64,000 bases of DNA from Curvularia clavata. Taxonomy: Eukaryota. Each line of letters opens with the position of its first letter. Positions within the stretch are counted from its first letter, which is position 1. Location: assembly GCA_023920165.1 (NCBI GenBank), contig CP089276.1, positions 3,038,001 through 3,102,000 on the forward strand. Reading direction: 5' to 3'. This document shows positions 1 through 16,037 of the stretch, one piece after another. The notes under the pieces were generated by a model. That model was not told where the DNA came from, did not search any database, and saw only the letters and a list, made by a program, of their open reading frames with translations. Position numbers and translations under genes: made by a program.

Positions 1-1281
1 GCAAGCTACGTGTAGATGGCTTATGCAGACACTGATTGCGGCGCCGATGGCAGTCATATACGTGTATACGCGCGCGGCGAGACAAAGGCCGTGGAGTTGT
101 TTGAGACTGTTGCTTGTGCAGGCTGCGATGTCGTGTGCGGTTTTCCTGCTAGGAAATTTTGTCTGTCTGGTTGCTGCGTTGCCGGTAAGTATCGAGCCCT
201 TCTTTTGAAGGCAAGGGAAGGCGATGGGCTAATGCATGATAGGATTTCCAGGCAACGATAGAGGCGCTGGAGGGGTCAGGGATTATGGGAGTGCGAGTGT
301 GATGTGTTGAGTATGGTGGCATGTAGAGGACATTGAGGCAATTACGTGTGTTGTGTGAGGGAGCGGAAAGTGAGATTGCTTATGCAGGGTGAATGGAGGT
401 CAGCTTGTGGGTGATGGATGAGAAGGCACCAGAGCTAGATTCGTCCAGTTAGACTTTGCCGTATCGAGACCCCATGGTCAGATTCGAGCACCGAATTTGT
501 CGTCATGGAGTCTCCGAATCACGAAATAATGCCATGCCTATCTAGTACCGGCTCTCTACGGAACTATAGAACTACTGCTGCTGCTCCTTCTCTCGGTCAA
601 CTTCCCTTCATTTTTCTCGTCTTTGAGCTGGCGATTAACTAGTACTACAACTCTCTGCAAAACACCCCAAATCTATCCACTTTCCACAACAAGGCGGTCA
701 GATGAAAATGCATCTTCCTGCGCATGCACAAGGCATCCACTCAACGCTGCATGATTGCGTCTACCTCTAGGACGAGCAACTTTTTGTCCGGTGGGCAAGG
801 CGTACCGTACACACTCTATCGATCCAACCACACCAACTCGGATCCATGATATCTCACACGCGCACTCTCCACAATGGATACCCAAGACTACCACATTACA
901 AATCAGTCTTCTCACAGAGACGAGACGGAGAGAATGTTGCGCCGAGCGCAAAAGCCTGTAGTAACCAGGGACTCGCCCAAAAAGCCCCGCTGAAACTCGT
1001 CCGCGTCACACGGACGGCGGGGCGGTTTGGGGCTGGTGGCAGCGTTTCCGCCAACCAGCCCTGCGTAGCCAACCTTCTACCGATTTCCATCTATCCAGCT
1101 CCCAAAACAAAGAAAACCACGACAACTACAAAGACCTATAAAGACCCGTCGAGTGTGGCGATTACAAGCAACCAAACAAAACCTTCTTTGACAAGCAGAC
1201 TCGACACCAAGGGGCGAATTTGGTAAAGCAATTGACGTTACAACAACCACAACAACACGTAACAAGCAACAAGAAGTCAAG

Positions 1282-1860
1282 ATGATGACTATTCAACTCC
1301 CAGATGAGTACGGGTATGTATAGCCGCGCTCAATTGCTCTTTCTACACGCTTCAATTCCTCCTATTCCCCCTTCCATTTCCATTGCGCCCGCCTCTTCCA
1401 CCACTAAAAGCTAACCCACCTATCTAGCTACGTCCTCGCCGCTGCCGTCTCCACCTTCCTGCTCGCGCCCTGGCTGGGCGGACGCGTAGGAGCCTACCGC
1501 AAAGCCGCCAAAATCCCTTACCCCTTCGAATACGCTTCGTGGGAGCAAATCCAGACCGCAGCCCCCGCTTCCAAACGCGCCATGCTGGCCTTCAACGCCG
1601 CACAGCGCGCGCACCAGAACTTCAACGAGAACCACCTTACTGCGCTCGGCGCCCTGCTCATTTCCGGGCTGAAGTGGCCCGTGGTCTCGGCAGTGCTGGG
1701 TGGTGTCTGGAGTGTAAACAGGGTTGTGTATGCGATTGGGTATACAAACAGTGCGGAGAACGGGGGTAAGGGAAGGTACTATGGCGGGTTGGGCTTGCTG
1801 GCGCATTATGTTTTGATTGTGATGAGTGGAAAGGCGGTGTGGGATATTGTTAGGGCTTAG
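1282..1860 (+). CDS. MAPEG family microsomal glutathione S-transferase (MGST3-like), 2 exons
   Basis: ATG 1282; intron 1314-1427 (GTATGT...CTAAC...TAG). Spliced protein MMTIQLPDEYGYVLAAAVST...RKAAKIPYP...FNAAQRAHQNFNENH...RVVYAIGY carries the MAPEG FNxxQRAHQN motif and hydrophobic helices. Confidence 0.9.
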
Positions 1861-2222
1861 AGGTTGTATATGCGGAAAATGGACGGGCGGGTGTAAGAAT
1901 GTTGTAGGCACGCGTCTGGAAGCATGGTTGTTTGGATTCGATGCTATATAAATCCAATTGTTTCAGTTTTGAAGCATGAACTACATTTCCTCTGCGAGGA
2001 GAGCCAGACGGCATGAGCATTATCCCCAATTCGAAATAGACAATAGATGTAATGCACATCTCGACACCACGTGTTCAAACACAGTCGATTCAACCCTCAC
2101 ATCAGTCAACAAATAGCACAAGAAACGTTCAATCAAAAGGGTATATTCGTTCGTTAGGCATAAAGTTCGTTACCATGACGCGCATAAAACAGTCATAATC
2201 ATCATCATTTTCACATTCTGAT

Positions 2223-4142
2223 TCAACAACCATTCGCAGTAACAGCCCGAACAGCCACACTCTCAATCCGCTTCTTATACACCGCCATCTGGTGCTTGAG
2301 CAAATCTCCATACACAACCTTCTTCAGCATCTCCTCGTCCACCGTCACGGCTTCGACATCGTCTTCACTTCTGCTGCCCACTCGTTGCCGCAACACGACC
2401 AGTCGGCCCGCAGGCGACAAGGTAGATGGAGGGATTGGCCAAGCTGGCAGAGAAGAGGAAGAAGTCGAGTTGGTGTTATTAGTGTGCAACGACACTTTTG
2501 ACGACCTAGAGAGCCGTGCAGCAAATGGATGTTTAGATCTCGATTTTGGCGGGGACGAAGACTGCAGCTGAGAAACGTTGATCCTGGACGACGACGCCGA
2601 TGCCGAACCATGGTTCGAGGCCGGAGCGGGTGCAGGACTAGCGTACAACTTGAGCAAGCTCCGCAGCATGCTCTTGTCGGCTCTCGGTATAGGGTCGCCT
2701 TCGTTGATGAAGCTGTAGAAAAGACTCTTCCTGTGCCGTTTGTCTTCAGGCTTCTTCAGAGGCCGCAGACTGACGGGCGGTGCGCCAAAGGTGACGCAGT
2801 GCACACGCTTAAAGAAGCTGGTAAGATAGTTAAGTTCCGACTCGATTTTGGTGCTCATCATATGCGCATACAGCAACGCGGCAACAGCTCCGCCCGCGGA
2901 GTGGCCGGTGATGAGCAGACTACAGTTTGAGCGCGCGGGATTTTCCTGAAGCAGCACCTTCAGACGTTCCGCGACTGGCTTGATCATTTTCTTCGCGACA
3001 TAGAGGAAGCCTGCGTGGCACAGATTTCCTGGGTCGTCGAGAAACTTGCTTGGACTACTTGGTGCAGAATTGTAGTTGACAGCCCAGTCCATGAACGTCT
3101 GACTCCCACGAATAGCAAACACAATGGTGTTTAGCTCTTCCACAGGTATGGATTTGAGGACCATGGCCTTTGTGCCACTACGCCAGTCGGCAGGGATGTG
3201 CGTCTCCATCTCAGAACCCTTTTTAGTACCAGGGGGAATATACGCCTTTTCAGAGTACGTTGCCGCCAAACACAAGAGGGGATACGTCGGTAGATACACC
3301 TTGAAAGGGGGCAAATGGGGTGGCAGCCGCGAATTCGAGTAAAGCCATACTTTTGAGAAGTGGTTTGACCCCTTTTCACTACTGGGTTTGGGGTACACCT
3401 CCGCTCTAACAGGACGTCTCCCTTCAAGCGGCGGACTCGGTCTGGAGGTTTCCTCTTCCAGCTGATCGCCCAACTCCATCATCAAATCTTGCTCCTTTCC
3501 GCTGAACTTCTCGTCGTCAATGCTAGTAATGACAGAGTCGAACTTGGAAGTTATCACATCGTACAGTGCTGCGCCACGACACAGAGTTTGCATGCTCTTG
3601 GTGGCGACAGCAGCCGTGGGCCGCTCGATGTAGTTAGTAGTTAGCTTGTTCACACTCTTTCCAGCCGCATCACGGAGGTTTGTGTATGATTTGGCGGCCA
3701 TGCGGTCAAGGCTGTCCCACTGTTGCTGGAACGGACCCTGGCCGCGAGCCTCCGGAGGTGGCGGGGAAGCAAAGCGGATAGTGGATTGACTGGCGTATGG
3801 CTGAACAGGCTGTGGAGAAGGCGACCAATACCGCGGCACATCTTGGGGATATGATCCAGGCATTTGTCCGTAACTTGGACGCTCTGGCGGACTGGCAGAA
3901 TAGTCGTGGTGTCCTGGTGGTAGCCTAGCAGCAGGCTGAGGGAGGGACTGCTGAGAAGCCGTATACTGGGAAGGAATCTGCGAGGCTGCCTGAACGGGTG
4001 GCGCATAGTCCTGCAAGTACATTTCTCGTACCGAAGGCGAAGCATGAGACCTCTTGGATGAGGAGCGCGTCTTCGAATTCTTGGATGACGAATGCGAATG
4101 CTTCCTTCTGCTCCTGCGCTCAGTCTCGGTCGCGTGCGCCAT
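2223..4142 (-). CDS. Class 3 lipase (alpha/beta hydrolase) with long Ser/Pro-rich N-terminal region
   Basis: IVFAIRGS, CHAGF, nucleophile motif ITGHSAGG, CVTFGAPP, FINEGDPIPR. First ATG (MAHATE) at 4142; the ORF-track start at 4274 is a TTG. Confidence 0.85.
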   Translation of the reverse strand: MAHATETERRSRRKHSHSSSKNSKTRSSSKRSHASPSVREMYLQDYAPPVQAASQIPSQYTASQQSLPQPAARLPPGHHDYSASPPERPSYGQMPGSYPQDVPRYWSPSPQPVQPYASQSTIRFASPPPPEARGQGPFQQQWDSLDRMAAKSYTNLRDAAGKSVNKLTTNYIERPTAAVATKSMQTLCRGAALYDVITSKFDSVITSIDDEKFSGKEQDLMMELGDQLEEETSRPSPPLEGRRPVRAEVYPKPSSEKGSNHFSKVWLYSNSRLPPHLPPFKVYLPTYPLLCLAATYSEKAYIPPGTKKGSEMETHIPADWRSGTKAMVLKSIPVEELNTIVFAIRGSQTFMDWAVNYNSAPSSPSKFLDDPGNLCHAGFLYVAKKMIKPVAERLKVLLQENPARSNCSLLITGHSAGGAVAALLYAHMMSTKIESELNYLTSFFKRVHCVTFGAPPVSLRPLKKPEDKRHRKSLFYSFINEGDPIPRADKSMLRSLLKLYASPAPAPASNHGSASASSSRINVSQLQSSSPPKSRSKHPFAARLSRSSKVSLHTNNTNSTSSSSLPAWPIPPSTLSPAGRLVVLRQRVGSRSEDDVEAVTVDEEMLKKVVYGDLLKHQMAVYKKRIESVAVRAVTANGC

Positions 4143-4953
4143 GGTGTCCCTTCTCTGGAATATGATGTGGTGTAGATCTGGAAAAAATGATTGGCGAGGC
4201 TCCGCTATCGCGTGCAAGCGTTGGTGTTTTTTCAGCGCGATAAACGTCGACTGCCGGGTCGCGACGTATGCCAAGGCCTATTCATAGCCGCTCCGTGCTT
4301 CTTTTGTGCTAGGCGATCGAGGCATCCATGAGGACTGTAGATCTCTGTTCTTTGAGGGTGAAACGAATGTTGGGGCTAAAAGAAGGGTTCAGGGCCGCTG
4401 AGGCAAACAAAGATCGAGTCAAAGACTAGGAGGGGGGAGTGGAAGGCTCTGGAGTCTGAATGGGCGAGGCCGGAATGTTAAGAGCGGGTCGATGCAGGTC
4501 CAAGCAGCAACCGCGGCATAGCCTGGCGCTAAGCCCAACATGGCCGCTTGTAAACACGCCGCTGTGATTCGTCGACCTCATCTTGGCGCTGCACAGACCA
4601 GGCCATGCAGCTGGCCATATGCACTGTATCCACCGCTGCACACCAGAGCCTGTCGACACGTCGCACCAAGTCCGAGGCCGAGATGATGCATTTGTCGTAG
4701 CGTCGGGGTCGGTGAGAGCATCGTCTGTTGATTTGCTTCGCGTTCCTGGCGGACATGCCCCCCCGCGGGTCTGACTAACGGCCGACCTGCCTAGCGAGCC
4801 ATCTCCTACTGTCGTGGCCTACACCGCATGCGCGACATGCGGCATATGCGGTGATATCATCACATGACGATCCACGCGGGATCGAGACCTTCTTTTCAAG
4901 GCTTCCGGCAGAGAAGGTGCTAGACACGGTGTCAAGTGCTCATTTCCCGAAGA

Positions 4954-7804
4954 CTATCTATCATCCGCGCCAATGAAGCCCTCGTTTGCTTCCGGGAGTA
5001 GGCCCCTTTGCTCATCATCTTCATCATCATCTCCCTCCTCTCCAAGCCCTCCTCTCCCAACTCCCATGCCCACCTCCTCTTCACGCTCTTCCTCCATACC
5101 CTCCATGACGTACCAGACATCTTTTTTCGTAAGCAACCCTTTAAGGGTCCCTCGATCTGTGAACAACACATAGCGTAGTCCAAGGTTTTGGAACATGGAT
5201 ACCGTAAGCTGGAAACTAGCTTTGGCGTTCAGCGTGATGGGTGTTTGGTCCATCCACGGCCGGAGATCGAGCGAAGTTGTAGGGTCCGAGAGGGGCTGAT
5301 GCGAGAAGAATGCTTCTGTCTCAGGGGCTAGGTTCCGAGGGGGCGTTAGAGCAGTCTGAAGCGCATACTGTAGTTCAGTCCGTGATATGTAGCCGAGCAA
5401 GAGCGCATCCCGACTGTTGTCAATTACCGGAAATCCGCGGAACCGATGCTGAGACAGAAGCTCACGCAGCGATCCGATGGTGTGTCCGGTTGCGGTGATG
5501 GCAGTCAAGTCTTCGATACGCGTCATGACATGACTTGCACTGACGTCGGGAATGGAGCTACCATTATTGTCGCGGTTGTCGAGAAAAGGATACCCTTTGA
5601 AATGTATCCAGGACTCATAGATGCCTCGCGGAGAGATCGCGTCGCCGATCCATTTACTGATCATGACTGCAATCATAATGGGCAATACATATGTGAGAGC
5701 CCCTGTCAGCTCAAACATGATGACGACAATCGAAACCGTCATGCGTGTCGTGCCTGCAAGAGCCGAAGCAGCACCAATGATAGCGTAGGTTCCTGGCGTT
5801 ACACAAGGTACGTCGGGTTCGCAGGAATTGAAGACAAATAGGGATGGCCAAGCGGCCTGTACCACCTGCATGGACAGTCCTACCGCACGACCGAAGAGAC
5901 CACCGATAGCCATGGAGGGCAGGATGATGCCGGCTGGAATCTGCAGGCCAAAGGTGAAGCCTGATAGTATGACACCCAGACCCGAGGATACTAGTAGCAA
6001 GGCAATCACTCCTGTGTTGGCTTTGCCAGATTTGCAAAGGCCCAGTGTATCCTCAGTGAGGTCAGCGCACTCAGCGAAAAGAATGTGTACTAGTTCGGAA
6101 GCCTGAGCGCGCATGAACTTGATCGGAAAGTTGATCAACGCCGTCACGAATGCCACAATGACGACCTCTTTCACAGGACCTTTGAGATATTGCCGATTCT
6201 TTCGCCACTCGGCAACGCTCATGTTGAGCTTGATGAAGAAGCCCCCAAATAGACCGCCTAAAATTCCGAGGAACACAAAAGGCACGAGCTCAAAGTCGTG
6301 CCATCCACTGTGATAAGTGACTTGATACAACACGAGCTTTCCGGTGCGGAAGGGGTTGCATGCCTGAAGAGTGACGGCCGCTACCATGGCGCATACGAAA
6401 CTGCTCCACATGGTCTTGTCTGGAAAATAGTATGACAGCTGCTCGAGACTGAAGAGCACGCCACCAATAGGTGCGCCAAATGCGACTGAGATGCCTGCTG
6501 CGGCAGCCGCAGAGAAGACTTCTCGTTTTCGTGCTGTACAAGTCAGCGTAGTGTAGGAGGTAATGGGGTATGCTACTGGCCTTCATTCCCATTTACACTA
6601 CTGAACAGCTTCATAAAAAGGTTCGCTGAGCAGCAAGCTACATGTACCAATGGACCCTCCTTGCCTAGCCAGAGACCTGACGCAACTGCCAAACACTGAC
6701 CAGATTAGTCGCTGACGAGACATCATTTCTCTTAATGTGACTTACCAAGCCAATTGTTTTTGTGACCAGCGTCCAGCCGCCTAGGAAATGCCTGATGACG
6801 AATCCACCAAGCACAGTCTTGATTTCCGGTATACCACTATGCTTAGCATAAGGGGAGAACTCGCGAACCAGAAAACTAGCGCATGCTGCAAATAGCACCT
6901 AAAAACCATCAGTTTTCTCATTTTTCGAGCACAGCCCCGCGCCTGAGACTTACCGAAAACAGAATAAAGAAGATGTATTCAACAACATATCTCCCACCAG
7001 CACTGCCAATGCCCATGGCCGAGCCCCACGAGTTCCAATCATGACATGCCTGCGCTTCGTTGATTCCCCAGCAACAGAAGCTCTTGTTGAGATAAAACTG
7101 CCCGTCTCCATCCACATTGTGACAGTATCCCGTTTTGAGATCTGCAAGCCAGTCGCTCGCAATATCGATGAACGCTGCGATGCCTCCACTTAGGATACCC
7201 GCAGCAACCAGAATAATCCAGGCTTGACTTGCGTCCGCAAGCTGCTTTACATGACCCAGGATGCCACTTGCGCCTGTGTACAGGTACCTTAATCGCTGGC
7301 GCTCTTTTGCGTATTCGAAAATCCAGTCGATGGCGGTGAGATCGTCGTAGCCTACTCTTCGACCTGGCCCCTCGATATGCCAATCCAGTCCGTTTGCATC
7401 CTTGAAGTCTTGACCGTGTTCACCAGCGCTGCCTTGCGTATCGAGGTAGTTTAGGTTAAGTTCGTTTGAGGGAGTGGCGCGGTGAGATCGTAGGGAGGGC
7501 GATGCGCGGTTGCTGGAAGACGTGAGCGGCGAGGGGAGGTATCGTGAGAAGCCAAAGGAGGAGGATGTTGGTGCCTTGGGTTTGCGCTTGAATGATAGTC
7601 TGCATGTAGTTCAGTACAGATGTAGAGAGAGGATGTCAAAGGCGCATACTGCTCAGGTAAATCGGAATCTAAGGGGTCGTCTGCTAACAGCGCCTCTTCG
7701 TCATCATGGGCATCTTGAACAGCTGGTTGCTTTCCGTTCGATGTACGGCTCGACGAAGCGTTAACGTGTCCGGTTGGGGACCGGCTGTGCGAAGAGCTGG
7801 ACAT
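4954..7804 (-). CDS. CLC family chloride channel/transporter with C-terminal CBS domains, multi-exon
   Basis: Motifs [30 protein letters not shown] and CBS region (GFPVI...GYISR...GLLTKKD). Introns near 7602-7650, 6899-6953, 6701-6745 and 6534-6580. Confidence 0.92.
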
Positions 7805-8403
7805 GCCCTCGACATATACTTGTTAGAAAGCCGAGGCGCATTGCGCAAGCAATTGTTATATGGGAAGACGGACAATGTGGTGATCGTTGTACCAGCGACG
7901 TAAGGCTGGGTCTTGGTGAGACGCATGTGCAGCGAACAAGCGTTGGTCTGTGCATCAGGGCCTGGAATCACAAGACAGTCCCTTGTCTCTACCGCTAATA
8001 CATGAAAGCGAGTCGCACAATTACAGCAATGAAATTTCTGATCTCACATGGAACATTCAAATAAACTGCGTAGCTACTTTTGCTTTTGAAAAGGCCCAAG
8101 AAGTTAGTAGGCAGGGTTGTCATAGTCTTACAATTTTCCAAGTTAGTCGTGCCACGGGCCTGTCCCTGGCATAATACCGAAGGATACTAATTGCTGAACT
8201 TGAGATGGCCGCTAGAAATTGAGGATCTGCTACAGTGCTCACAATGTATACGCCTTGTGGCTAGACTTTGTCGGACATACATAGCTTGGCTACTGGGTGT
8301 GTTGAGTTTGGATACTTTGAGCATGGAAATGGTACTCCAATCTTATGAGTACAGGACTAGAGAGCGTTTTTCTCTTCGCATATATACGACCCTAACACTA
8401 CTT

Positions 8404-10252
8404 TCAAACAACCCTGCTTGTTGAAACCTCCACACGTCTAAACACCGCCTCCTTGAGCATTGGAACGCCATTACCTGTAGCGTACAAACCCATTCGCGCA
8501 CCCTGCCACGATATTCTTCCTCCTGAGTGCGGTGCCATCCAGGAAGCCGAGAACGCTACGAGCCACTTGGGACTCTTGTAGTCAGGAGAAGAGTACCCCA
8601 GCTGATAGGTATCTGGGGTAGCGCGGATGTAGAGGCGTACACTTGGCACACCGTCACTGGCATCTCGTTCTGACAACGGCATGTAAGTCGTCGTAACGTT
8701 ACCATCGATACCAACTCCTTGTGCAATGGTCTCTGTCCTCAGACAATAAGTGCTATTTTGATTTTCGCACAACATCAGGGATATGCTGTTATGGTACTGA
8801 TCGTTTACCCAAGCTGTGATTCCGGCTTCGTGCGATTCTAGCGTAGGCTGGAAGTCGAGATCGACACTAAATTCGTAGTGGAGGTCATCTTGCTTCCTAG
8901 TAATTAATGCCATGCCATCAAGCGCGGACAGAGTGCGTGGCGTTCCGCGCAGAATCAATGAGGAATTCTCAAGACGATACCAATTTCCATAAGGTGTGCC
9001 GCGGAACTCCCAGCCCGAGGTCAGGCTGGGAGATGAGAAGTCGTCCTTCCAGACAGTATCATTTGTCTGCTGAGCTGGGAGACTAGGATCCTCAATCTCA
9101 AAGGTGATGGCTGACCCGTTGTTCGCCAATGGCCAGCCGTCTTGACTCCATGTTACGGGACTTAGAAAAGTCTCGCGGCCGAGTTGGTATGTGCCATTGA
9201 GATTTGTAGGAAGTTGAGGTCGCACGGCAAGAAAAACTGCGTACCATTTACCATCGGGGCGTTGAACAAGATCTGCATGGCCAGTTTGTTGGATTGGTAG
9301 GGATGGATCACGGCTGTTGAACACAATAGGACCCAGTGGACTCGTTTCCCAAGGGCCTGAAGGAGACGGTCCTCGATGAATGGTCTGACGATGTAAAACC
9401 TCCGTGCCTCCTATGACATTATGAGATTATGCTGGTATAATACATGGGCGGATGAGCTTGCTTACCTTCCGCAACGGACAGATAATAGGTACCATTGATC
9501 TTGTACAGATGTGAGCCTTCGGCCCAACGAATAGCAAGGGGTAGATCGGAGCTGTAGATCAGCTTGGGTTGATTCAATGAATGGCCAGTCCGCAGATCAA
9601 CCATAGATTGCCAAATGGTGCTGTTACCACCTTTGGGCCCATTCTCTGGTAGTGCGGTGGACAAGTAGACGCATCCATCGTCGTCGAAGAAAAGGTCAGG
9701 ATCAATGCCAGTTTGATCGAAATATAATGGCTGACTCCAGTTTCCAGAGAAGATGTCATCCGTTGTGATTAGAAACGGGCGCTGGTCAGCCGGATTGAAT
9801 GCTGTACACAGCTTCATTAGTGGCCATTGTTGCGTATTTCAAGTATTGCGGCTCAAGCTTACAATCTGCATAATTGGTGATCAGGTAGAAGGTTCCATTG
9901 TGGTGGCGCAGGGTAGGTGCGAAAATCCCACCTGTCGTGAGCAACTGACGATCGAAGATGGCATTGGAACGTGTCAAACCATGACCGATGATTTCCCAAT
10001 TGACCAAGTCTTTTGAGTGATGTATGGGTAAACCAGGAAAATACTCAAAGGACGATGTGACCACGAAATAGTCATCTCCCACGCGAATCGCTGTTGGATC
10101 GGCATTGACTCCGGTTATGATAGGGTTTCGGAATGCTGAAACGACATGGCCTAAAATTAATGTATCAGCATCAACCATATATAGTAGTGGTAGTCTGGTT
10201 TCAGCTGACCTGTAAAACCTAGGGCAACGGTAAAGATTGATCTAAACGACAT
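8404..10252 (-). CDS. Secreted glycoside hydrolase family 43 (beta-xylosidase/arabinofuranosidase) with C-terminal beta-sandwich domain
   Basis: Signal-like N-terminus MSFRSIFTVALGFTG; NPII.G..ADP, TSSFEYFPG.P, GGIFAPTLR, GIDPDLFFDDDG, WAEGSHLY, TGHADLV, LGRETFL. Introns near 10151-10209, 9802-9862 and 9411-9465. Confidence 0.92.
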
Positions 10253-10385
10253 GAGAGCTCTTTCGTAGTCTATAATCCTTGAGACTTGACAATGAGCCCT
10301 CTGGTGTTTTTAAGTAGCAAAGGCAGACCGACGAACTAGTCTCCACATCATGAATGTTGCAATTCCACCAAGCTACACTCTAAAT

Positions 10386-10509
10386 CCCCACATTCCGGAA
10401 AATACCCGGGATCCGGGGTAGAGTAGGGCTAAAATTTCCACATGCGTGAAAATGCATGCATAACTGACTACCTTTGCATGCGTACTGGTAGCGGCTCGTC
10501 TTACCCCAC
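10386..10509. promoter_or_regulatory. Putative XlnR (GGCTAAA) and CreA (SYGGRG) sites upstream of the GH43 gene
   Basis: GGCTAAA 10427-10433; SYGGRG matches at 10386-10391, 10413-10418 and 10504-10509, within 260 bp of the ATG at 10252. These are short motifs, so chance matches are possible. Confidence 0.4.
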
Positions 10510-10749
10510 AATCCGGTGTCTTGATTACGTATGCCACTCTTTCCGGATTTTGAGAACGTGCACGCCCACTACTTCCGGTGCCATATACTTTACCCAAACT
10601 GAAATCGGGTACACCTGATTACCGTTTTGAACAGCAAGCTTAGAGTACAACGTAATCATATATGCTACGTTCGCTTTAACACTTCTCTGTACATTCGAAA
10701 CTCACTCAAAGGTCGCACTATGCTACATCCAGATCCCGCTCGTCATCGG

Positions 10750-11969
10750 CTACTCCTTATTGAAGTCGACAACTGCCCTTCCAGCAATTTCCCCACGCCT
10801 CAGCTTTTGCACCGCTTCATTGAATTGGCTCAAGGGATACACTGTGTAGATGGGTTTCAGGAGGCCGCGCCTGGCAAAGTCGAGCGTCTTGTCGACATCG
10901 GCCATGCTGCTCACAAGCGTGCCTGTTATGCTCTGCTTTCTGAAAATCATCTGCGTGGGGTCAACATCCATGTGTTGAGTGCCAGCTGGTGGCAGTCCGA
11001 TACACATGACCCTGCCGCCAACACGAGAACCGAGGTAGGTCAGTGAAGTAGGATAAGTCTGGATAGCTGTGACGAAGACGCCATGGGCGCCGATGCCGTC
11101 GCATACTCGGACCACTTCATCGGCCACATTTTCTACTTTCTTGAAATCGATGAAATGCTCAGCGCCTCCAGTCTCTAGGCAGAGCTTCTTCTTTTCTTCG
11201 CCGGTATCGATGGCGACAGCCCGGAGACCCATGGCCTTGGCTAGTTGGACACCCTGTAGCCCTACGCCTCCACCAGCACCTGGGAACACTGCCCAGTCTC
11301 CTGGCTGCAACTGTGATTCTTTGATTGAGGTGTAGATTGTCGAGGCGGAGCACATGATGGGCCCTGCAATGTAATCATCTACTCCGTCTGGAATCAGGGT
11401 CGTATATCGTTCGGGGGAGACGATGTATTGTTTGTATGAACCGTCGACCATCAAACCAGTCAAGACAGCCTTTGCACAGTAGCATTCATTGCCGTTGCGG
11501 CAAAGCTCACATGCACCACAAGTATCTTGGATGGGCTGTGGTATGTTAGATCATACGACTACACGTATGGGTTTTGCTGCTCCGCCGTGAGTCTGCTCAC
11601 CTTGTAGCCAGCTCGCATGCCAGGCTTCAAGTTCTTGACCTGGTCGCCGACCTTTACGATCACGCCTGAGCCTTCATGGCCAGCGCACTTGGTACCAAGA
11701 TCAGACATCTTTGGCACATTCCAGTCATTGAGCATGAAGTGAAGATCTGAGTGGCAGATACCAGTCGCATTGAGCTTGATTAGGACATCAGTAGGTCCTG
11801 TTGAACGATGTCAGCGCCCTTCTAAAGCAAACTGCACTGCCGGCAACCTACCAATTTCTGGGACGGGAACATCCTGCACTTCTACATGAAAATCAGGACC
11901 TTCGTTAACTACTACGCCCGCCTTGCAGGTCTTGGGAATCTCAAACGTCTGTGTTTTTTCCTCTGCCAT
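10750..11969 (-). CDS. Zinc-dependent alcohol dehydrogenase (MDR family), 3 exons
   Basis: MAEEKTQTFEIPKTCKAG; TGICHSDLH; AGHEGSG; structural Zn CGACELC..G.ECYC; Rossmann GAGGGVG; C-terminal GRAVVDF. Confidence 0.92.
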
Positions 11970-13641
11970 TTTGAGTGGAATTTAAGATGTTAGGAGAAAG
12001 CACTTGGAACTACAGGCACTTATACAGGTCCATAAAATGGGTGAGATGATCGGGAAAGTATAAGCAGACTGTTGTGTACAGTAGTACATAATCCCCTCGG
12101 TACACTTTTACCCCTCTTCACGAAACGCGCCCCATAGCTTCTCCAACAGCTGCGATTTGCCGGACCAGTGGAGACGGACATATCATTGCCTGGTCAGAAA
12201 TGGTAAACACCTGGTACACAACAAGTCTAGCGTGGTCTTGGTGATATTCATGTTGCCCGATGAGAAGGTACAGCAAGGTCAGCAAGTCAGGGGGATATGG
12301 ATCATCGCCTGAATCTTAGATGTACTTGTGGGGGCCACTGGCGGCCAACAATCAGCTTTCATGCGAACGTTTTCATTTTTTCCGGACCCAATTCTGCAGC
12401 CAGAGAGTGGCATTTCCGTAAGGCCCTGGCTTTGAAAAAGAGTGGGTGGCGATGGCTCTGGAGACGTGTGGATAAGCCGCCTAGTTCCCCCATGGCGAGG
12501 GCCCCTGCTATGACACAATGCGGGGTGATGGATGCAGATGTGGGGTTACAACAGTGGTCACAGATAGGAGTATGTAAGCTGGCAAAGCCTAACCGACAGT
12601 GGTGTCGTCATACAGGCAGTTCTGCAGAATACTTTGTATATTACATGTACGAGCATACAGCCCAAGCGACAGATCTGCTACAAGCCAGGACGAGTCTTAC
12701 TCTGTCGCCATGGCCTCTGGACTGGAGGGGCACGGTGTGATATGCCAAGTCATGAAACAGAGAAGCCCTAGACATGTTGCATAGAAAGTAAGGTTGGGAA
12801 CGGGCCTCGAGTTTCCGCACATGGGCTCCAAGTCTTTGGCTAAATGCATTTTGCATGAGATGCCCAAATGCTCAGATGGTCGCACATGTGTACAACCACT
12901 AGGCCTGAGGAGGAGGTAGTGGCACCTCAGCCGATGTGTCGAAGCCTCTAGCATTCCCAAGCGTGCTTGGACATACGTATGCGGCCGTGGGGCTTTGCGC
13001 AATGTGGAATAGTCGAGGACAGCAGATTTTGAGGGAAGATCTGAGATGCTTACTCAAAACGGGCGTCTGGCCAGTCGAGCACTCCAAGCCGCCACTTTCC
13101 GGCTCACATTCTTGTTGCCTCGGTGTTTATCGCACGCACGTGACTTCGCGTCGGCGAATCAGAGGCACTGAGTTTCACAAGTGTCGATGGCCATGCACCT
13201 CCGGTTCCGAAAGCGGGGTCTTCGATTCGACACGCCACCCACCTGACACCCCCAGGCCATGGATAGTCATGGCAGTAGCAGCAATGCGGCAGCGCAATTG
13301 CAACATGATTTCAGTTCTCGAGCACCAAATGAAGCTGAAAAAGAAGAGTAGAGCTCGCAATTGGACCCACCAGAGCAGGGCAATCGGCGATGCACTGTTT
13401 GGCCGCTTGGATATACCTCAATGAATCGGTATAGTGGGGTGACTGGCCCGTACTGCTAGGCAAAATGGAGCTAACAGACGCGGACCCACCAAGACTGCGG
13501 GAGGGGAGGTGCTGGTCTGGTGTTGTTGGCCAGAACAGGTGCTTATGAATGCCCCCGCTACTTATATACCCAGATACTCCCCAGCACCCGCCTCGACAGC
13601 TTGTGCTTCACTTACACACCCTCATAGCACACACGACTTAA

Positions 13642-16037
<2,396 letters not shown>

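Noticed and set aside
1..1280. Short ORFs and CAA-rich tract upstream of the MAPEG gene
   Set aside because: No protein motifs; consistent with promoter or 5'UTR low-complexity DNA.
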